Shown: one piece after another, positions 1 to 9,252 of the stretch | How the letters are laid out: each line of letters opens with the position of its first letter | How positions within the stretch are numbered: the first letter of the stretch is position 1 | Assembly (NCBI GenBank): GCA_964643545.1 | Contig: CAZXTE010000003.1 | Location: 52,463-116,462 of the forward strand | Length of the DNA stretch: 64,000 nucleotides | Source of the DNA: an uncultured Candidatus Saccharibacteria bacterium | GTDB lineage: Bacteria; Patescibacteriota; Saccharimonadia; Saccharimonadales; AWTP1-31 | Direction: 5' to 3' | Position numbers and translations under genes: made by a program | Notes under the pieces: generated by a model | What the model saw: only the letters and a program-made list of their open reading frames with translations | Databases searched by the model: none | What the model was told of the DNA's origin: nothing

Positions 1-531
1 ACGCTAACCCTCGAAAAGTTTGCGATTCTCAAGAACCCAAACCATCAACTAACGTGCAGCATTAACCCCCTCTTAAGTTGTGGGCCAATTATCACCTCCG
101 ACGAAGCAAGTGCGTTCGGGTTTCCAAATACCCTTATTGGTATTTTTGCCTTTAGTGTCCTTATTGCCGTTGCATTAAATATGTTGGCCGGTGCCACGGT
201 GAAGAAAGAGCAAAAATGGTACTGGAAGACTTTTGTGGCTGTGCATGTATTTGGTCTGGGATTTGTAGCATGGCTTATGAGGGAGGCGTTATACGAGCTC
301 AAAGCGCTCTGTATTTACTGCATGGTCGCCTGGGCAGTAACAATTGTTCTAAATTGGTATGGCTTTTTGTGGCTCTCCAGTACGGGGAGGCTCGGTACGT
401 CCAGTAAAGTCGCCAAGATTAGAGACTGGGGGCTGAAGAATCACTGGGGTGTCGTTCTGCTTGCGTACCTGTTGGTTTTTGGCCTGATATTTGTGCAGTT
501 TCGTGATTATTTTCATAGCGTTTGGTTCTAG
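1..531 (+). CDS. Vitamin K epoxide reductase (VKOR) family membrane protein, 5' end cut by window edge
   Basis: Frame 1 is open from nt 1. The translation has the VKOR loop Cys pair (LTCSINPLLSCG) and the CxxC redox motif (CIYC) within hydrophobic helices. Confidence 0.7.
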   Translation, partial: TLTLEKFAILKNPNHQLTCSINPLLSCGPIITSDEASAFGFPNTLIGIFAFSVLIAVALNMLAGATVKKEQKWYWKTFVAVHVFGLGFVAWLMREALYELKALCIYCMVAWAVTIVLNWYGFLWLSSTGRLGTSSKVAKIRDWGLKNHWGVVLLAYLLVFGLIFVQFRDYFHSVWF

Positions 532-564
532 CACTCAAGGGCCCGAAGTGCTAAAATATAGGGC

Positions 565-1191
565 ATGTTAAGTCAACTATTTTTTGTAGCGGGTATACAC
601 CTCTTGGCTGTTATGAGCCCGGGGCCAGATTTTGCAATGGTAATGCGAAACTCACTCGTATACTCTCGGCGTACGGGGGTCTTGGCGGCTTTAGGTTTAT
701 CTTTAGGAATTGCTCTGCACGTGACATATTCATTGCTTGGTATAGGCTTGCTTATTTCTCGTTCAATTCTGCTCTTTAACACCATCAAGTGGATTGGGGC
801 GCTGTATTTAATCTTTATAGGTGTGCGCTCTCTGATTTCTCGTCGACCAAAAGATGATAAACAGCTACTGAGTGTCGAGAAGCAAGATCTAACCACCGGT
901 CAAGCGCTTCGTATGGGATTCCTGACCAACGCGCTTAACCCAAAAGCAACCTTATTCTTTCTTGCATTATTTACGACAGTAGTGAGCCCAAGTACGCCCG
1001 TTGCTTATAAGCTGGTATATGGCGTAGAGATGGTTATTGCTACATTTGCATGGTTTGCTTTTGTGGCCGTCATTCTATCGCACAGTAAGATTAACAGTTT
1101 ATTTGCCCGTGTAAAGCATCGTATAGAGAAAGTATTTGGTGTTGTCCTGATTGCGTTTGGGCTTAAAGTTGCGCTGGGGAGTCATAGATGA
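565..1191 (+). CDS. LysE/RhtB family amino-acid exporter
   Basis: 208 aa with about 6 TM segments. N-terminus ...[12 protein letters not shown]... and [11 protein letters not shown] are typical of LysE-type translocators. Its TGA stop overlaps the dnaJ ATG. Confidence 0.8.
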   Translation: MLSQLFFVAGIHLLAVMSPGPDFAMVMRNSLVYSRRTGVLAALGLSLGIALHVTYSLLGIGLLISRSILLFNTIKWIGALYLIFIGVRSLISRRPKDDKQLLSVEKQDLTTGQALRMGFLTNALNPKATLFFLALFTTVVSPSTPVAYKLVYGVEMVIATFAWFAFVAVILSHSKINSLFARVKHRIEKVFGVVLIAFGLKVALGSHR

Positions 1192-2288
1192 GCAAGCGAG
1201 ACTACTACGAAGTTCTTGGTGTCGGCAAGACAGCGAGTGACGATGAGATTAAAAAAGCCTTTCGGCGTAAGGCAGTCGAGCATCACCCAGACCGGGGAGG
1301 TGACGAAGCAAAGTTCAAGGAATTGAACGAAGCCTATGAAGTACTGAAGGATGATAAGAAGCGACAGCGTTACGATCAATTTGGTCATGCAGGTGTTGGT
1401 AGCAGCGCTGCCAGCGATGGCGGCAATCCATATGCAGGCTTTGGTGGGCAAGGGCAAAACATCAATTTTGATTTTGGTGATCTGGGCCTCGGAGATATAT
1501 TGGGGAGTTTCTTTGGTGGTGGCCAGCAACGACAGAGTAGCCAGCGGTCACGTGGTCGCGATGTAGAAACCGGCGTAGATATTACATTCGAACAAGCCGT
1601 TTTTGGCACCGATGTCGATATTCGGATGAATTTGGAGGATAACTGTGAGCACTGCAAAGGGACAACGGTAGAACCGGGGCACGACTTAAAAACGTGCGAA
1701 ACCTGCAAAGGTTCGGGTCAGACAGTACGGGTTGCCCAGACTATCTTTGGTAATATCCAGCAAGCAACAGTTTGCAATACGTGTAAAGGCAAGGGAAAAA
1801 TTCCCGAAAAGGTTTGTAGTGTTTGCCGCGGCAAAGGCACGCAACAGAAAGCACAAGACATTAGCCTAAAAGTCCCTGCCGGTATAGACGATGGGGCCAC
1901 GATCCGACTGCGTGAGCGTGGCGAGGCGGTAGCAAATGGGCCAAAAGGTGATCTGTACGTCAATATTCGAGTCAAACCGCACAAACACTTTACGAGGGAA
2001 GGTGACCTTATTTTGAGCGAAGAACACGTCACTATGGTTGACGCCGCCCTGGGCACCGAAATTGAGGTAGCTACCGTTGATGGTCCGGTTCGCATGAAAG
2101 TTCCAGCCGGGACACAAAGCGGCACAGACTTTAAGTTATCAAATCACGGTGTGCACCACTTGCGAGGCTCGAGCCGTGGCGCACACATCGTTACGGTTGT
2201 TGTGGACACTCCTACAAAACTAACCAAACATCAACAAGAGCTACTTCAACGATTTAACGACAAAACAGAACGTCGCTTCTTCGGCTAA
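1188..2288 (+). CDS. dnaJ: Molecular chaperone DnaJ
   Basis: J-domain (DYYEVLGV...HPD), a G/F-rich linker, and four CxxCxGxG zinc-finger repeats. Confidence 0.97.
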   Translation: MSKRDYYEVLGVGKTASDDEIKKAFRRKAVEHHPDRGGDEAKFKELNEAYEVLKDDKKRQRYDQFGHAGVGSSAASDGGNPYAGFGGQGQNINFDFGDLGLGDILGSFFGGGQQRQSSQRSRGRDVETGVDITFEQAVFGTDVDIRMNLEDNCEHCKGTTVEPGHDLKTCETCKGSGQTVRVAQTIFGNIQQATVCNTCKGKGKIPEKVCSVCRGKGTQQKAQDISLKVPAGIDDGATIRLRERGEAVANGPKGDLYVNIRVKPHKHFTREGDLILSEEHVTMVDAALGTEIEVATVDGPVRMKVPAGTQSGTDFKLSNHGVHHLRGSSRGAHIVTVVVDTPTKLTKHQQELLQRFNDKTERRFFG

Positions 2289-3001
2289 CGATAACTACCC
2301 TGTTCAGTAGCCTGTATAGCTTTGTCTTTGAACATCGCTTGGTCGGCTGCTTCCAAAATATCAACGGGTGCTATGCCTGGCTGCCAGACCGAACCGCCGA
2401 TGGACATACTGACGCCATTTTTAAGTAGCTCAGGATCTTGATGGATATCATTCTTCAATCGTTCAATTACGCTATCAAGTGTTTCTTGGTTTTTTATGCC
2501 CTGTAGTATTACAGAGAACTCGTCCCCGCCGAATCTTCCCGTGCCTTCCTCGTCCATGGTATAGAATGGTTCATTTGAAATTATGTCCGTCTCGCGTGGT
2601 TCACGATCTTTGCCGGCTTCTGTGCGCAACGAAGTAGTTAACTTCTGTGCAAATGCCTTTATGAAGTTATCGCCTGCCACATGCCCCTGTTCGTCGTTCA
2701 CTCTTTTGAAGTCCTTTAGGTCTATAAAGAGAACAGCTAAACCCTCTCCAGATTTTTCTGCTTCTTCCACCCTTTTCGTAAGCTCTTCTCTCCAAGCTTC
2801 CTTGGTTAGAAGTCCAGTCAGCGGATCTCTGCGGGCATTTTCGACTATTTCCTCGCCTTCTATTGCAAGACGAATCGTGTGTGCCATAAACGTAGCCAAT
2901 TTTTGTTGCTCGGGCGTAAGTTTGTCGAATGGAATCAAGCCAAATGCCCCGAAGGCTTCGCTGTCGCTTCTGTTGGTGTTCCTTGCGTTTAGTGAGCTCA
3001 T
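2285..3001 (-). CDS. GGDEF-domain diguanylate cyclase
   Basis: [12 protein letters not shown]..., [16 protein letters not shown] and the active-site motif [12 protein letters not shown]. Confidence 0.85.
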   Translation of the reverse strand: MSSLNARNTNRSDSEAFGAFGLIPFDKLTPEQQKLATFMAHTIRLAIEGEEIVENARRDPLTGLLTKEAWREELTKRVEEAEKSGEGLAVLFIDLKDFKRVNDEQGHVAGDNFIKAFAQKLTTSLRTEAGKDREPRETDIISNEPFYTMDEEGTGRFGGDEFSVILQGIKNQETLDSVIERLKNDIHQDPELLKNGVSMSIGGSVWQPGIAPVDILEAADQAMFKDKAIQATEQGSYR

Positions 3002-3083
3002 TGACCTAAATTATATCACAAATTAGTCTATATTGCGAACAACGCTTGTGTTTAAACCTCCGACTGCCTACAATAAAAATACA

Positions 3084-3194
3084 ATGTCGAAACTGCAAAA
3101 AGATCAGCAGGGTTTTGTCCCAATGATGATCGCCCTTGTGTTAGTCCTAGGAGCAGTGATTGTATTTGCCTTTCTCCGTGTCGCGCATCGTTAG
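3084..3194 (+). CDS. Possible 36-aa single-TM peptide (hypothetical)
   Basis: ATG-to-TAG ORF MSKLQKDQQGFVPMMIALVLVLGAVIVFAFLRVAHR in an otherwise empty 250-bp gap. There is no homology evidence. Confidence 0.3.
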   Translation: MSKLQKDQQGFVPMMIALVLVLGAVIVFAFLRVAHR

Positions 3195-3254
3195 GGTATT
3201 GAAAAATAACAAATAATCTTGTATAATCTCCTCAATTTATAAAAGGCAGTCCAG

Positions 3255-3668
3255 ATGGCAGAAGAACAGCAGACGATAGGTACATTTGAGCAGGTGAGTT
3301 TCCCATTGCTCAAGGCGAGCAGCCACCTCATTGCAAAAATAGACACCGGTGCCTATACGGGGGCTTTGCATTGTACAGAAGCACGCGAGGAGAAAACACC
3401 CGAAGGAACACTGCTTTATTTTGTGCCGTTTGGTAAACAAAAATATGCACAGTACACAAATGACTATTCTAGGAAACACGTAAAGAGTTCAAATGGGCAT
3501 CGACAGGAACGATTCGTAATCACTACCCAGATAGTAGTTCGTGGCAGGGCGTACAGCATTAGGCTGACCTTGACCGATCGAAGCGAGATGAAGTACCCAG
3601 TTTTGATTGGTAGACGGTTCCTAAGGATGCACAAATTAATGGTTGACCCAGCCCAGTATAAGAAGTAA
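3255..3668 (+). CDS. RimK-associated retropepsin-like peptidase (DUF785 / 'ATP-dependent zinc protease' family)
   Basis: AKIDTGAYTGALH aspartic-peptidase-like motif and YPVLIGRRFL. It lies directly upstream of rimK, as in many genomes. Confidence 0.7.
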   Translation: MAEEQQTIGTFEQVSFPLLKASSHLIAKIDTGAYTGALHCTEAREEKTPEGTLLYFVPFGKQKYAQYTNDYSRKHVKSSNGHRQERFVITTQIVVRGRAYSIRLTLTDRSEMKYPVLIGRRFLRMHKLMVDPAQYKK

Positions 3669-3677
3669 AGTGCGGCT

Positions 3678-4580
3678 ATGAATATTGTAATTTTATCAAA
3701 AGGACCAGGCAATTATTCGACTCGTCGACTCCGCGAAGTCGCACTAGAACGTGGCCATAATGTTCGTGTTGTCAACCACGCAGAGTGCTACGTTACCGTC
3801 GAAAAAAGTAAGCCAGTCGTTCGTTACCGTGGAGAAGACCTGGTAGATGTAGACGTCATTATTCCGCGTGTGGGGCAGAGTCTTACCAAGTACGGTACAG
3901 CCGTAGTTCGTCAGTTTGAAATGCAGGGCGTCTATACGACTGCAAGCTCAATTGCCATTAACCGTTCTCGTGACAAATTGCGCACTATGCAAATATTGGC
4001 GCGTGCAGACGTGGGTATACCAAAGACGGTGTTTGCCCGTGAAACTGGTGACCTAGAAGACGTTATCGAGCAGGCCGGTGGGACACCGCTCATTATCAAG
4101 GTTGCTCGTGGTACGCATGGTAATGGTGTTGTGTTGGCAGAGACCAGAAAAGCTGCACAAGCGGTAATGCAGGCATTCTATGTCGAGGGCGTGAACTTTG
4201 TCGTACAAGAATTCGTAGCAGAATCTGCCGGTGAGGATATTCGTGCGTTTGTCGTTGGCGGAAAAGTTGTGGCAAGTATGAAGCGACAAAGTCTCGACGA
4301 CGATTTTCGTTCTAATTTACACCAGGGTGGCGAAGGTACTCCCGTAAAGTTGACAGACGAAGAACGAAAGACGGCCGTTAAGGCTGCACGAACTATGGGG
4401 CTGCCAATCTGTGGTGTCGATATGATGCGTAGCGATCGGGGTCCGTTAGTACTCGAAGTAAACCCGAGCCCTGGTTTTGGGATAGAAAAAGTAACAAATC
4501 GTGGTGTCGCAGAAAAAATCATTGAATATATCGAACAAAATGCCAAAGGAAGACGTCGAAAAGACCGCGTCGGCGCGTAA
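3678..4580 (+). CDS. rimK: RimK-family alpha-L-glutamate ligase (ATP-grasp)
   Basis: 300 aa. ATP-grasp motifs (PLIIKVARGTHGNGVVL, EDIRAFVVGGKVV, GVDMMRSDRGPLVLEVNPSPG) and overall RimK architecture. Confidence 0.92.
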   Translation: MNIVILSKGPGNYSTRRLREVALERGHNVRVVNHAECYVTVEKSKPVVRYRGEDLVDVDVIIPRVGQSLTKYGTAVVRQFEMQGVYTTASSIAINRSRDKLRTMQILARADVGIPKTVFARETGDLEDVIEQAGGTPLIIKVARGTHGNGVVLAETRKAAQAVMQAFYVEGVNFVVQEFVAESAGEDIRAFVVGGKVVASMKRQSLDDDFRSNLHQGGEGTPVKLTDEERKTAVKAARTMGLPICGVDMMRSDRGPLVLEVNPSPGFGIEKVTNRGVAEKIIEYIEQNAKGRRRKDRVGA

Positions 4581-5001
4581 GTTCATCCTATTTGGGGTGG
4601 CGAGTGCAGTACTTGCTTTTGTGTGGTTTAGTTACAGCAATCTCAACAAAGGACAGGTTGCTTTGCTTGGTTTCAGGAAATTTCACTACGAGATAGCGGC
4701 AAACGACATCGCTCGCCAAAAGGGTTTAAGCGGTCGACCATTTATAAAGAGTAACCAGGCCATGCTGTTTGTTTTTCAGAAATCAGATGTCTACTGTTTC
4801 TGGATGAAGGATATGCGCTTCCCTATTGACATCATCTGGGTAGATTCTAGCAAGACTATAGTTGGCACAACTGAACAAGTTTTGCCGAGCAGTTACCCAA
4901 AAACATTTTGTTCCCCAAATCCCGTGCAGTATGTATTTGAAATTTCTGCTGGGCAAGTGTCGGCGGCGAGTGTTAGGCCTGGCCAACGCATCAACTTCTA
5001 G
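4540..5001 (+). CDS. DUF192-domain protein with N-terminal TM anchor
   Basis: MLFVF...CFWMKDMRFPIDIIWVD... is a typical DUF192 core. The start is uncertain (GTG 4501 or ATG 4540), and both candidates overlap the rimK 3' end. Confidence 0.65.
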   Translation: MPKEDVEKTASARKFILFGVASAVLAFVWFSYSNLNKGQVALLGFRKFHYEIAANDIARQKGLSGRPFIKSNQAMLFVFQKSDVYCFWMKDMRFPIDIIWVDSSKTIVGTTEQVLPSSYPKTFCSPNPVQYVFEISAGQVSAASVRPGQRINF

Positions 5002-5018
5002 CGTGCTATTATGAATGC

Positions 5019-5513
5019 ATGAATCCGCTTATTGTTATCGGTCTATTAAGTTTAATACCAGTGGCGCTTATTATTCTTATGCGCGTCAATGCTGCAATGG
5101 TTTTTTTAAGTCTTTGCGTGGGCAGCATAACGGCACAATACCTAGGTGATGATACCGACCGTATCTTTAACTCGTTTCTGCCAAATAGCAGTGTCGCTAT
5201 TCAAGCAGCTGTCCGCATTGGTTTGTTCTTGTTGCCCGCATTTTTGACCATTATTTTCTTGCGGCGCAGCGTACATGGGCACAAATACGTATTTAATATT
5301 CTCCCAGCAGTATTAACGGGAGCGGTTACGGCCATATTAGTGGTGCCACTACTGCCGGACGGTACTAAGTATGCAATCACCACAAGCTCGCTTTGGACCA
5401 GCACTCAGCAATTCCAAAGTACCATTGTGGGGGCGGCTGTCCTGATTTGTTTGTTGCAGCTTTGGACAACGCACCCAACCGGACCGCGTGGTGGTCGTCT
5501 CCGACATAAGTAG
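5019..5513 (+). CDS. Hypothetical integral membrane protein
   Basis: 164 aa with 4-5 hydrophobic helices. No recognisable family. Confidence 0.6.
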   Translation: MNPLIVIGLLSLIPVALIILMRVNAAMVFLSLCVGSITAQYLGDDTDRIFNSFLPNSSVAIQAAVRIGLFLLPAFLTIIFLRRSVHGHKYVFNILPAVLTGAVTAILVVPLLPDGTKYAITTSSLWTSTQQFQSTIVGAAVLICLLQLWTTHPTGPRGGRLRHK

Positions 5514-7212
5514 GGTAGGACCCTACATTGACTTTTTGCCAAAAAAAGAGATAATGTAATCTGTTATTTCCCCGTATTGGACATACGGGCCCATAGCTCA
5601 GTAGGTTAGAGCAGTGGCCTTTTAAGCCACGTGTCCTGGGTTCGAATCCCAGTGGGCCCTCCAGTCTAGTAAAATCAGCCTCTTCGGGGGCTTTTTTGTT
5701 ACTACCGTATCTGTAAATAGCACTAATTTCTGGTATATAAACTTTTTTGTCTGGGGAAAGCTGTATTCCCGCAGGGAAAAGCATTTGTTTATATATAAGC
5801 ATCGTAGCCTTGTCTTGCTCCCACCATTTCGTGCTCAGGTTGTCCATGATGTCGAAAGCGTAGCCGATGAACTCACCGAAGTCTTTTTCATAGTCTTGGG
5901 CTTCTGAGGCGGCCTTTTCGGCCTCACCGATTTGTAGCTTTAGTGTGTCGATTTTGTCTTTGATGTCCTGCTTCATTTCAGGGTCTTGCTCAGACAGGTA
6001 GCTGTCCATAGCTGAGTCCTTTTTGTTTCTCAGTAGCTGCACCTTACCTAAGGCGATCCTAGCCCTCTCCATACGCTCAACCTCGTAAGACGACCACACT
6101 TTACGCATGTGGCTCTTGAGCTTTTCACGCTGCTCTTGCGTCATGAGTAGGTCTGAAAGTTCGGTTGTAATTTCTCCATGCACAGCTTCAATACGAGCCT
6201 CTAAGTTACAGGCACGACAGCGGTAGCGTTTGTAGGTGTGATTTTTATTTCTCCCACCTTGCGTCTGCGTTGCACTGGTAAAGCGAGGGTGTTTGAAGCC
6301 AGACAGTGCACACCGCAGACACTCCATCTCATTGGCAAGCGGGTAGTCAGGATTATCCTTGTTGATAGTAAAACGTTTGCCTTTATTCTTAGCTATCGCA
6401 ACCAGTATTTCGTGTTCCTCAGGTGTAATCATAGGTTTATGTAAGCCGTTCTTATTGACCTCAGGCCAATCGGCTAATTTCACGACACCGCAGAAGTAGG
6501 GATCGCACATAAGGTCTTTCCAGCGATACATATCTATTGTCTTGCCACCGACTGCTTTTGGTCCGTAATTCTTTGTACGAAGACCGTCGGCTGTTGCACG
6601 TTTAAGACCCTCACGAATATCACACTCTCCAGCAATCATGGCTTTGAAAGCGTTACGCATAGCTGACCAGTTAGGCTCATCGGGTAGATGTAAGCCAGGC
6701 ACATCAGAGGTTTTATAACCCGTATGAGGGTTGCTTGGGTAATAACCAGCACGAATTTTTGCCATCATCTTCTCAGGTGTCTTATGTATACGTTCGTTGT
6801 TGCTTTGCTCGGCACGGTACACGTCGATCAGCTCATCGAATACAGCACGATCATCATCGGGGTTAATGTCTGGACGGTTAGCGTGTACGAGACGAACACC
6901 GATTTTTTTGAACTCCATCTTCCACCAGTAATATTCTTCGATTGAACGCATGAAGCGGTCTACTTCATCTACAATCAGATACTTCACCGATTTGTAACGC
7001 TTGCAGTAATCAAGCATCTCAATCAAGTCTTTACGCTTTAGGTTCTTGCCCTTGCGACTTGAAACCGCCAAAGCCCAGACTTTTACGAGGTCTACGCCTA
7101 AAATGTCGGCTGCACGTTGTACATTTTCTTGTTGTGGGACTAGGTTGCCCTCGTTTGCTTGGCCTTGAGTTGATACACGGCATAGTGCGATTGCTTTTTC
7201 TTTTGTTGTCAT
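5377..7212 (-). CDS. Large serine recombinase (integrase); 3' part of the ORF is antisense to host tRNA-Lys and neighbouring sequence
   Basis: N-terminal resolvase catalytic domain (AIALCRVSTQGQ..., VDEVDRFMRS), a recombinase domain, a Zn-ribbon (CLRC...CRAC) and a coiled coil. SD GGAGAA precedes the ATG at 7212. The ORF stays open through 5587-5698 (tRNA plus terminator) down to 5377. Confidence 0.85.
   Translation of the reverse strand: MTTKEKAIALCRVSTQGQANEGNLVPQQENVQRAADILGVDLVKVWALAVSSRKGKNLKRKDLIEMLDYCKRYKSVKYLIVDEVDRFMRSIEEYYWWKMEFKKIGVRLVHANRPDINPDDDRAVFDELIDVYRAEQSNNERIHKTPEKMMAKIRAGYYPSNPHTGYKTSDVPGLHLPDEPNWSAMRNAFKAMIAGECDIREGLKRATADGLRTKNYGPKAVGGKTIDMYRWKDLMCDPYFCGVVKLADWPEVNKNGLHKPMITPEEHEILVAIAKNKGKRFTINKDNPDYPLANEMECLRCALSGFKHPRFTSATQTQGGRNKNHTYKRYRCRACNLEARIEAVHGEITTELSDLLMTQEQREKLKSHMRKVWSSYEVERMERARIALGKVQLLRNKKDSAMDSYLSEQDPEMKQDIKDKIDTLKLQIGEAEKAASEAQDYEKDFGEFIGYAFDIMDNLSTKWWEQDKATMLIYKQMLFPAGIQLSPDKKVYIPEISAIYRYGSNKKAPEEADFTRLEGPLGFEPRTRGLKGHCSNLLSYGPVCPIRGNNRLHYLFFWQKVNVGSYPTYVGDDHHAVRLGALSKAATNKSGQPPPQWYFGIAECWSKASLW
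5528..5555 (+). promoter_or_regulatory. Sigma70-like promoter for tRNA-Lys(UUU)
   Basis: TTGACT (5528-5533), a 16-nt spacer, then GATAAT (5550-5555), about 30 nt upstream of the tRNA 5' end. Confidence 0.5.
5587..5663 (+). tRNA. tRNA-Lys (anticodon UUU), CCA encoded
   Basis: Cloverleaf drawn by hand: acceptor GGGCCCA/TGGGCCC, anticodon arm GTGGC-CTTTTAA-GCCAC, T arm CTGGG-TTCGAAT-CCCAG. Confidence 0.93.
5677..5698 (+). terminator. Rho-independent terminator after tRNA-Lys(UUU)
   Basis: Hairpin AGCCTC-TTCG-GGGGCT followed by TTTTTT. Confidence 0.75.
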
Positions 7213-7481
7213 GGTATTCTCCTCTGTTAAGTATATATCTATGAAATATTATTAGCAATCTGTCCAATATTTGTGTTCGGTTCACTGGTCAGGTCTGCTT
7301 GCTTCTTTTTCTTGTATTGAGCGAGAAGAAAAGCAGCCAGCTCATCGAAAGCCCTTTCGTACTCCTTTTTAGTTGTTGGCTGCTGAGTTTCGCTCATGCC
7401 CTAATAATATGGCGAAATAGCCTAGAATCTTAGGGAGAATCACCCACTATAACAGGGGTGATAATGACGTTATTCGGGATA

Positions 7482-8246
7482 TTACTTCGGCAGCTTTTTA
7501 GGGCGTATTTGTTGGTTGCCGTAGGTATTCTGGAATAGCTGAAATGATAGTGGGAAAACCTTGGCGTTTAACCTGTAGCCACCCACTTGAGTAATAACTT
7601 TATTGTCTACACCACCACAAGCCTTACGCAATGCACTGATTGCGTCGTTAATGGCGTACTTTATTGGGTCGTCCTTATGGTCAATTTTTGCTATTACTTC
7701 CATCGTTGCTCTGTCGATCACATTTGGTGCGGCGAGAAACAATGCCTTGAATAGTCTCTTGTTTCTTCCTTTAAGATAGACAGCATGTCCATTGACTAAG
7801 CCACGACCTGAATTGAGGTCGTAATAAGCAAGATTTGGAACGGATTCATCTTCAATAGATTCCTCGTAGCCGTCGTAATTGGTTAGTCTTGCATCTGTTT
7901 TCTGTAGTGTTAGCAATAGCTCCTCAAAAGCGTAGCGGTTAATGATCGTTACCATGTAGTCGTCACCGCTACTGCCAGCAGCTACATACTTATAATCTTC
8001 CATGAACTTCAATTCGATTATCGCTGCACCCTCTGCCAACCACTTGAGGCACATGAGCCTACTCCATACAAAACTAGTGTTGTCTGGATTATTGTGCTCG
8101 TCGAAATCACCAACGAATACAGGGTGGTTGTCGGCGAGTCCACCAAGTTGATAGGTAACGGCGTACATCGTATCAAGCAAAGCCCTACAGACCGCTTCAC
8201 GCTTACCCTCGTCCATAGCTTCTAGTTGTTCAAGATATGTGCTCAT
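7482..8246 (-). CDS. Hypothetical protein with C-terminal OmpR/PhoB-type winged-helix DNA-binding domain
   Basis: C-terminus ...RLFKALFLAAPNVIDRATMEVI...AISALRKACGG...VITQVGGYRLN resembles Trans_reg_C. The N-terminal 150 aa are unassigned. Confidence 0.6.
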   Translation of the reverse strand: MSTYLEQLEAMDEGKREAVCRALLDTMYAVTYQLGGLADNHPVFVGDFDEHNNPDNTSFVWSRLMCLKWLAEGAAIIELKFMEDYKYVAAGSSGDDYMVTIINRYAFEELLLTLQKTDARLTNYDGYEESIEDESVPNLAYYDLNSGRGLVNGHAVYLKGRNKRLFKALFLAAPNVIDRATMEVIAKIDHKDDPIKYAINDAISALRKACGGVDNKVITQVGGYRLNAKVFPLSFQLFQNTYGNQQIRPKKLPK

Positions 8247-8312
8247 CTACAGCCATTTTACGTCAAATGTCATACTTATAAGAGAGGGTTACGCAAAAAC
8301 AAAGGAGCTATT

Positions 8313-8546
8313 ATGGCAATAAGAAAAGCCATCGGAAGACCAAATAAAATAAATCGTCGGGTAATGATAAAGTTGGCTGACGCAATACAACACAACGCCA
8401 ACATCACCGATGCGTGTAGGTACGCTGGCATTAGTCGCCAGACTTATTATTACTATTTGAGTAACGAAGCAGTATTCGCCGAAACAATGACTACGGCCAA
8501 AAATAATCAAGACAAGCTGGTGATGAGTTTTCTGACAGTCTGGTGA
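8313..8546 (+). CDS. Small helix-turn-helix protein (77 aa)
   Basis: AAGGAG SD lies 6 nt before ATG 8313. GRPNKI...ITDACRYAGISRQTYYYYL is a classic HTH of the resolvase or terminase-small-subunit N-terminal type. Confidence 0.65.
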   Translation: MAIRKAIGRPNKINRRVMIKLADAIQHNANITDACRYAGISRQTYYYYLSNEAVFAETMTTAKNNQDKLVMSFLTVW

Positions 8547-8726
8547 AAACACGCATGTTTTCGCTAGGTTTTTATAAAATTTGATGTCAGTAAAGTCGGA
8601 TTCTGGGAAAAAAATTTGGGAGCAGTTGCTCTCTGTTCTAGTTAAGTAAAAGATGAACGACTTGATTAACCCTCTAGGACGCTCCTTGGGGTCGTAGGAC
8701 AGGTTTTAGAGCACAATATGGGTAAT

Positions 8727-9164
8727 TTATTGCTCTTGTTTGAGCCATTGCTCAAAGGCTTCAACAGTCGGGAATATGTGATCAAAAATATTGTAAAGCG
8801 TTTCGGTTTTTTCTAGCTTGCCGATAGCAATACAACGCTTGCCAAGTCCGTAGGCAACGCCAGCTTCAATGTGTGCAGCAATGCCAGCGGGAAACACTAG
8901 TAAAAAGGTATCGGCTTCACGCTCGGCTTTCATGTCAATATCAAATATCTTTTCTATAAAAGGGTGGTCTTGGGGCAGGTCTTCAAGCTGTGCCATGAAT
9001 ACTTCTGGTTCGCCGTCCATCTTTAGTTCGATTATCTCGCCCTTGTAGTCGTTTTCTAGAAAGCAGTAAGCAGTCTTGCCGTTTGCTCGTACTAGGTCAA
9101 GTACGGGCTTAATATTGTCTTTGTTTCGCCAGCGTCCAGCAATAAAGTAATCTGTTTTAGCCAT
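8727..9164 (-). CDS. Nucleoside 2-deoxyribosyltransferase-like protein
   Basis: N-terminal YFIAGRW and C-terminal FPAGIAAHIEAGVAYGLGKRCIAIG match the NDT-family Rossmann-like pattern (hYhAGP ... E.G.A.alGKP). Start taken at MAKTDYF. Confidence 0.6.
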   Translation of the reverse strand: MAKTDYFIAGRWRNKDNIKPVLDLVRANGKTAYCFLENDYKGEIIELKMDGEPEVFMAQLEDLPQDHPFIEKIFDIDMKAEREADTFLLVFPAGIAAHIEAGVAYGLGKRCIAIGKLEKTETLYNIFDHIFPTVEAFEQWLKQEQ

Positions 9165-9252
9165 AGGTAGATTGTAGCAGAAACGAGACTTGTAAAGCGG
9201 TGTTAAAGCTATAATGATTGACATGTATATATCTAACAAAATCAGGTACTAA

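Noticed and set aside
7239-7398. Possible small excisionase/RDF-like gene upstream of the recombinase (MSETQQ...PTTKKEYERAFDELAAFLLAQYKKKKQ...)
   Set aside because: The ATG frame hits TAA after 9 codons, and the longer frame has no start codon. It becomes a 58-aa ORF only if one G in CAGCAGGCC is removed, and there is no independent support for that.
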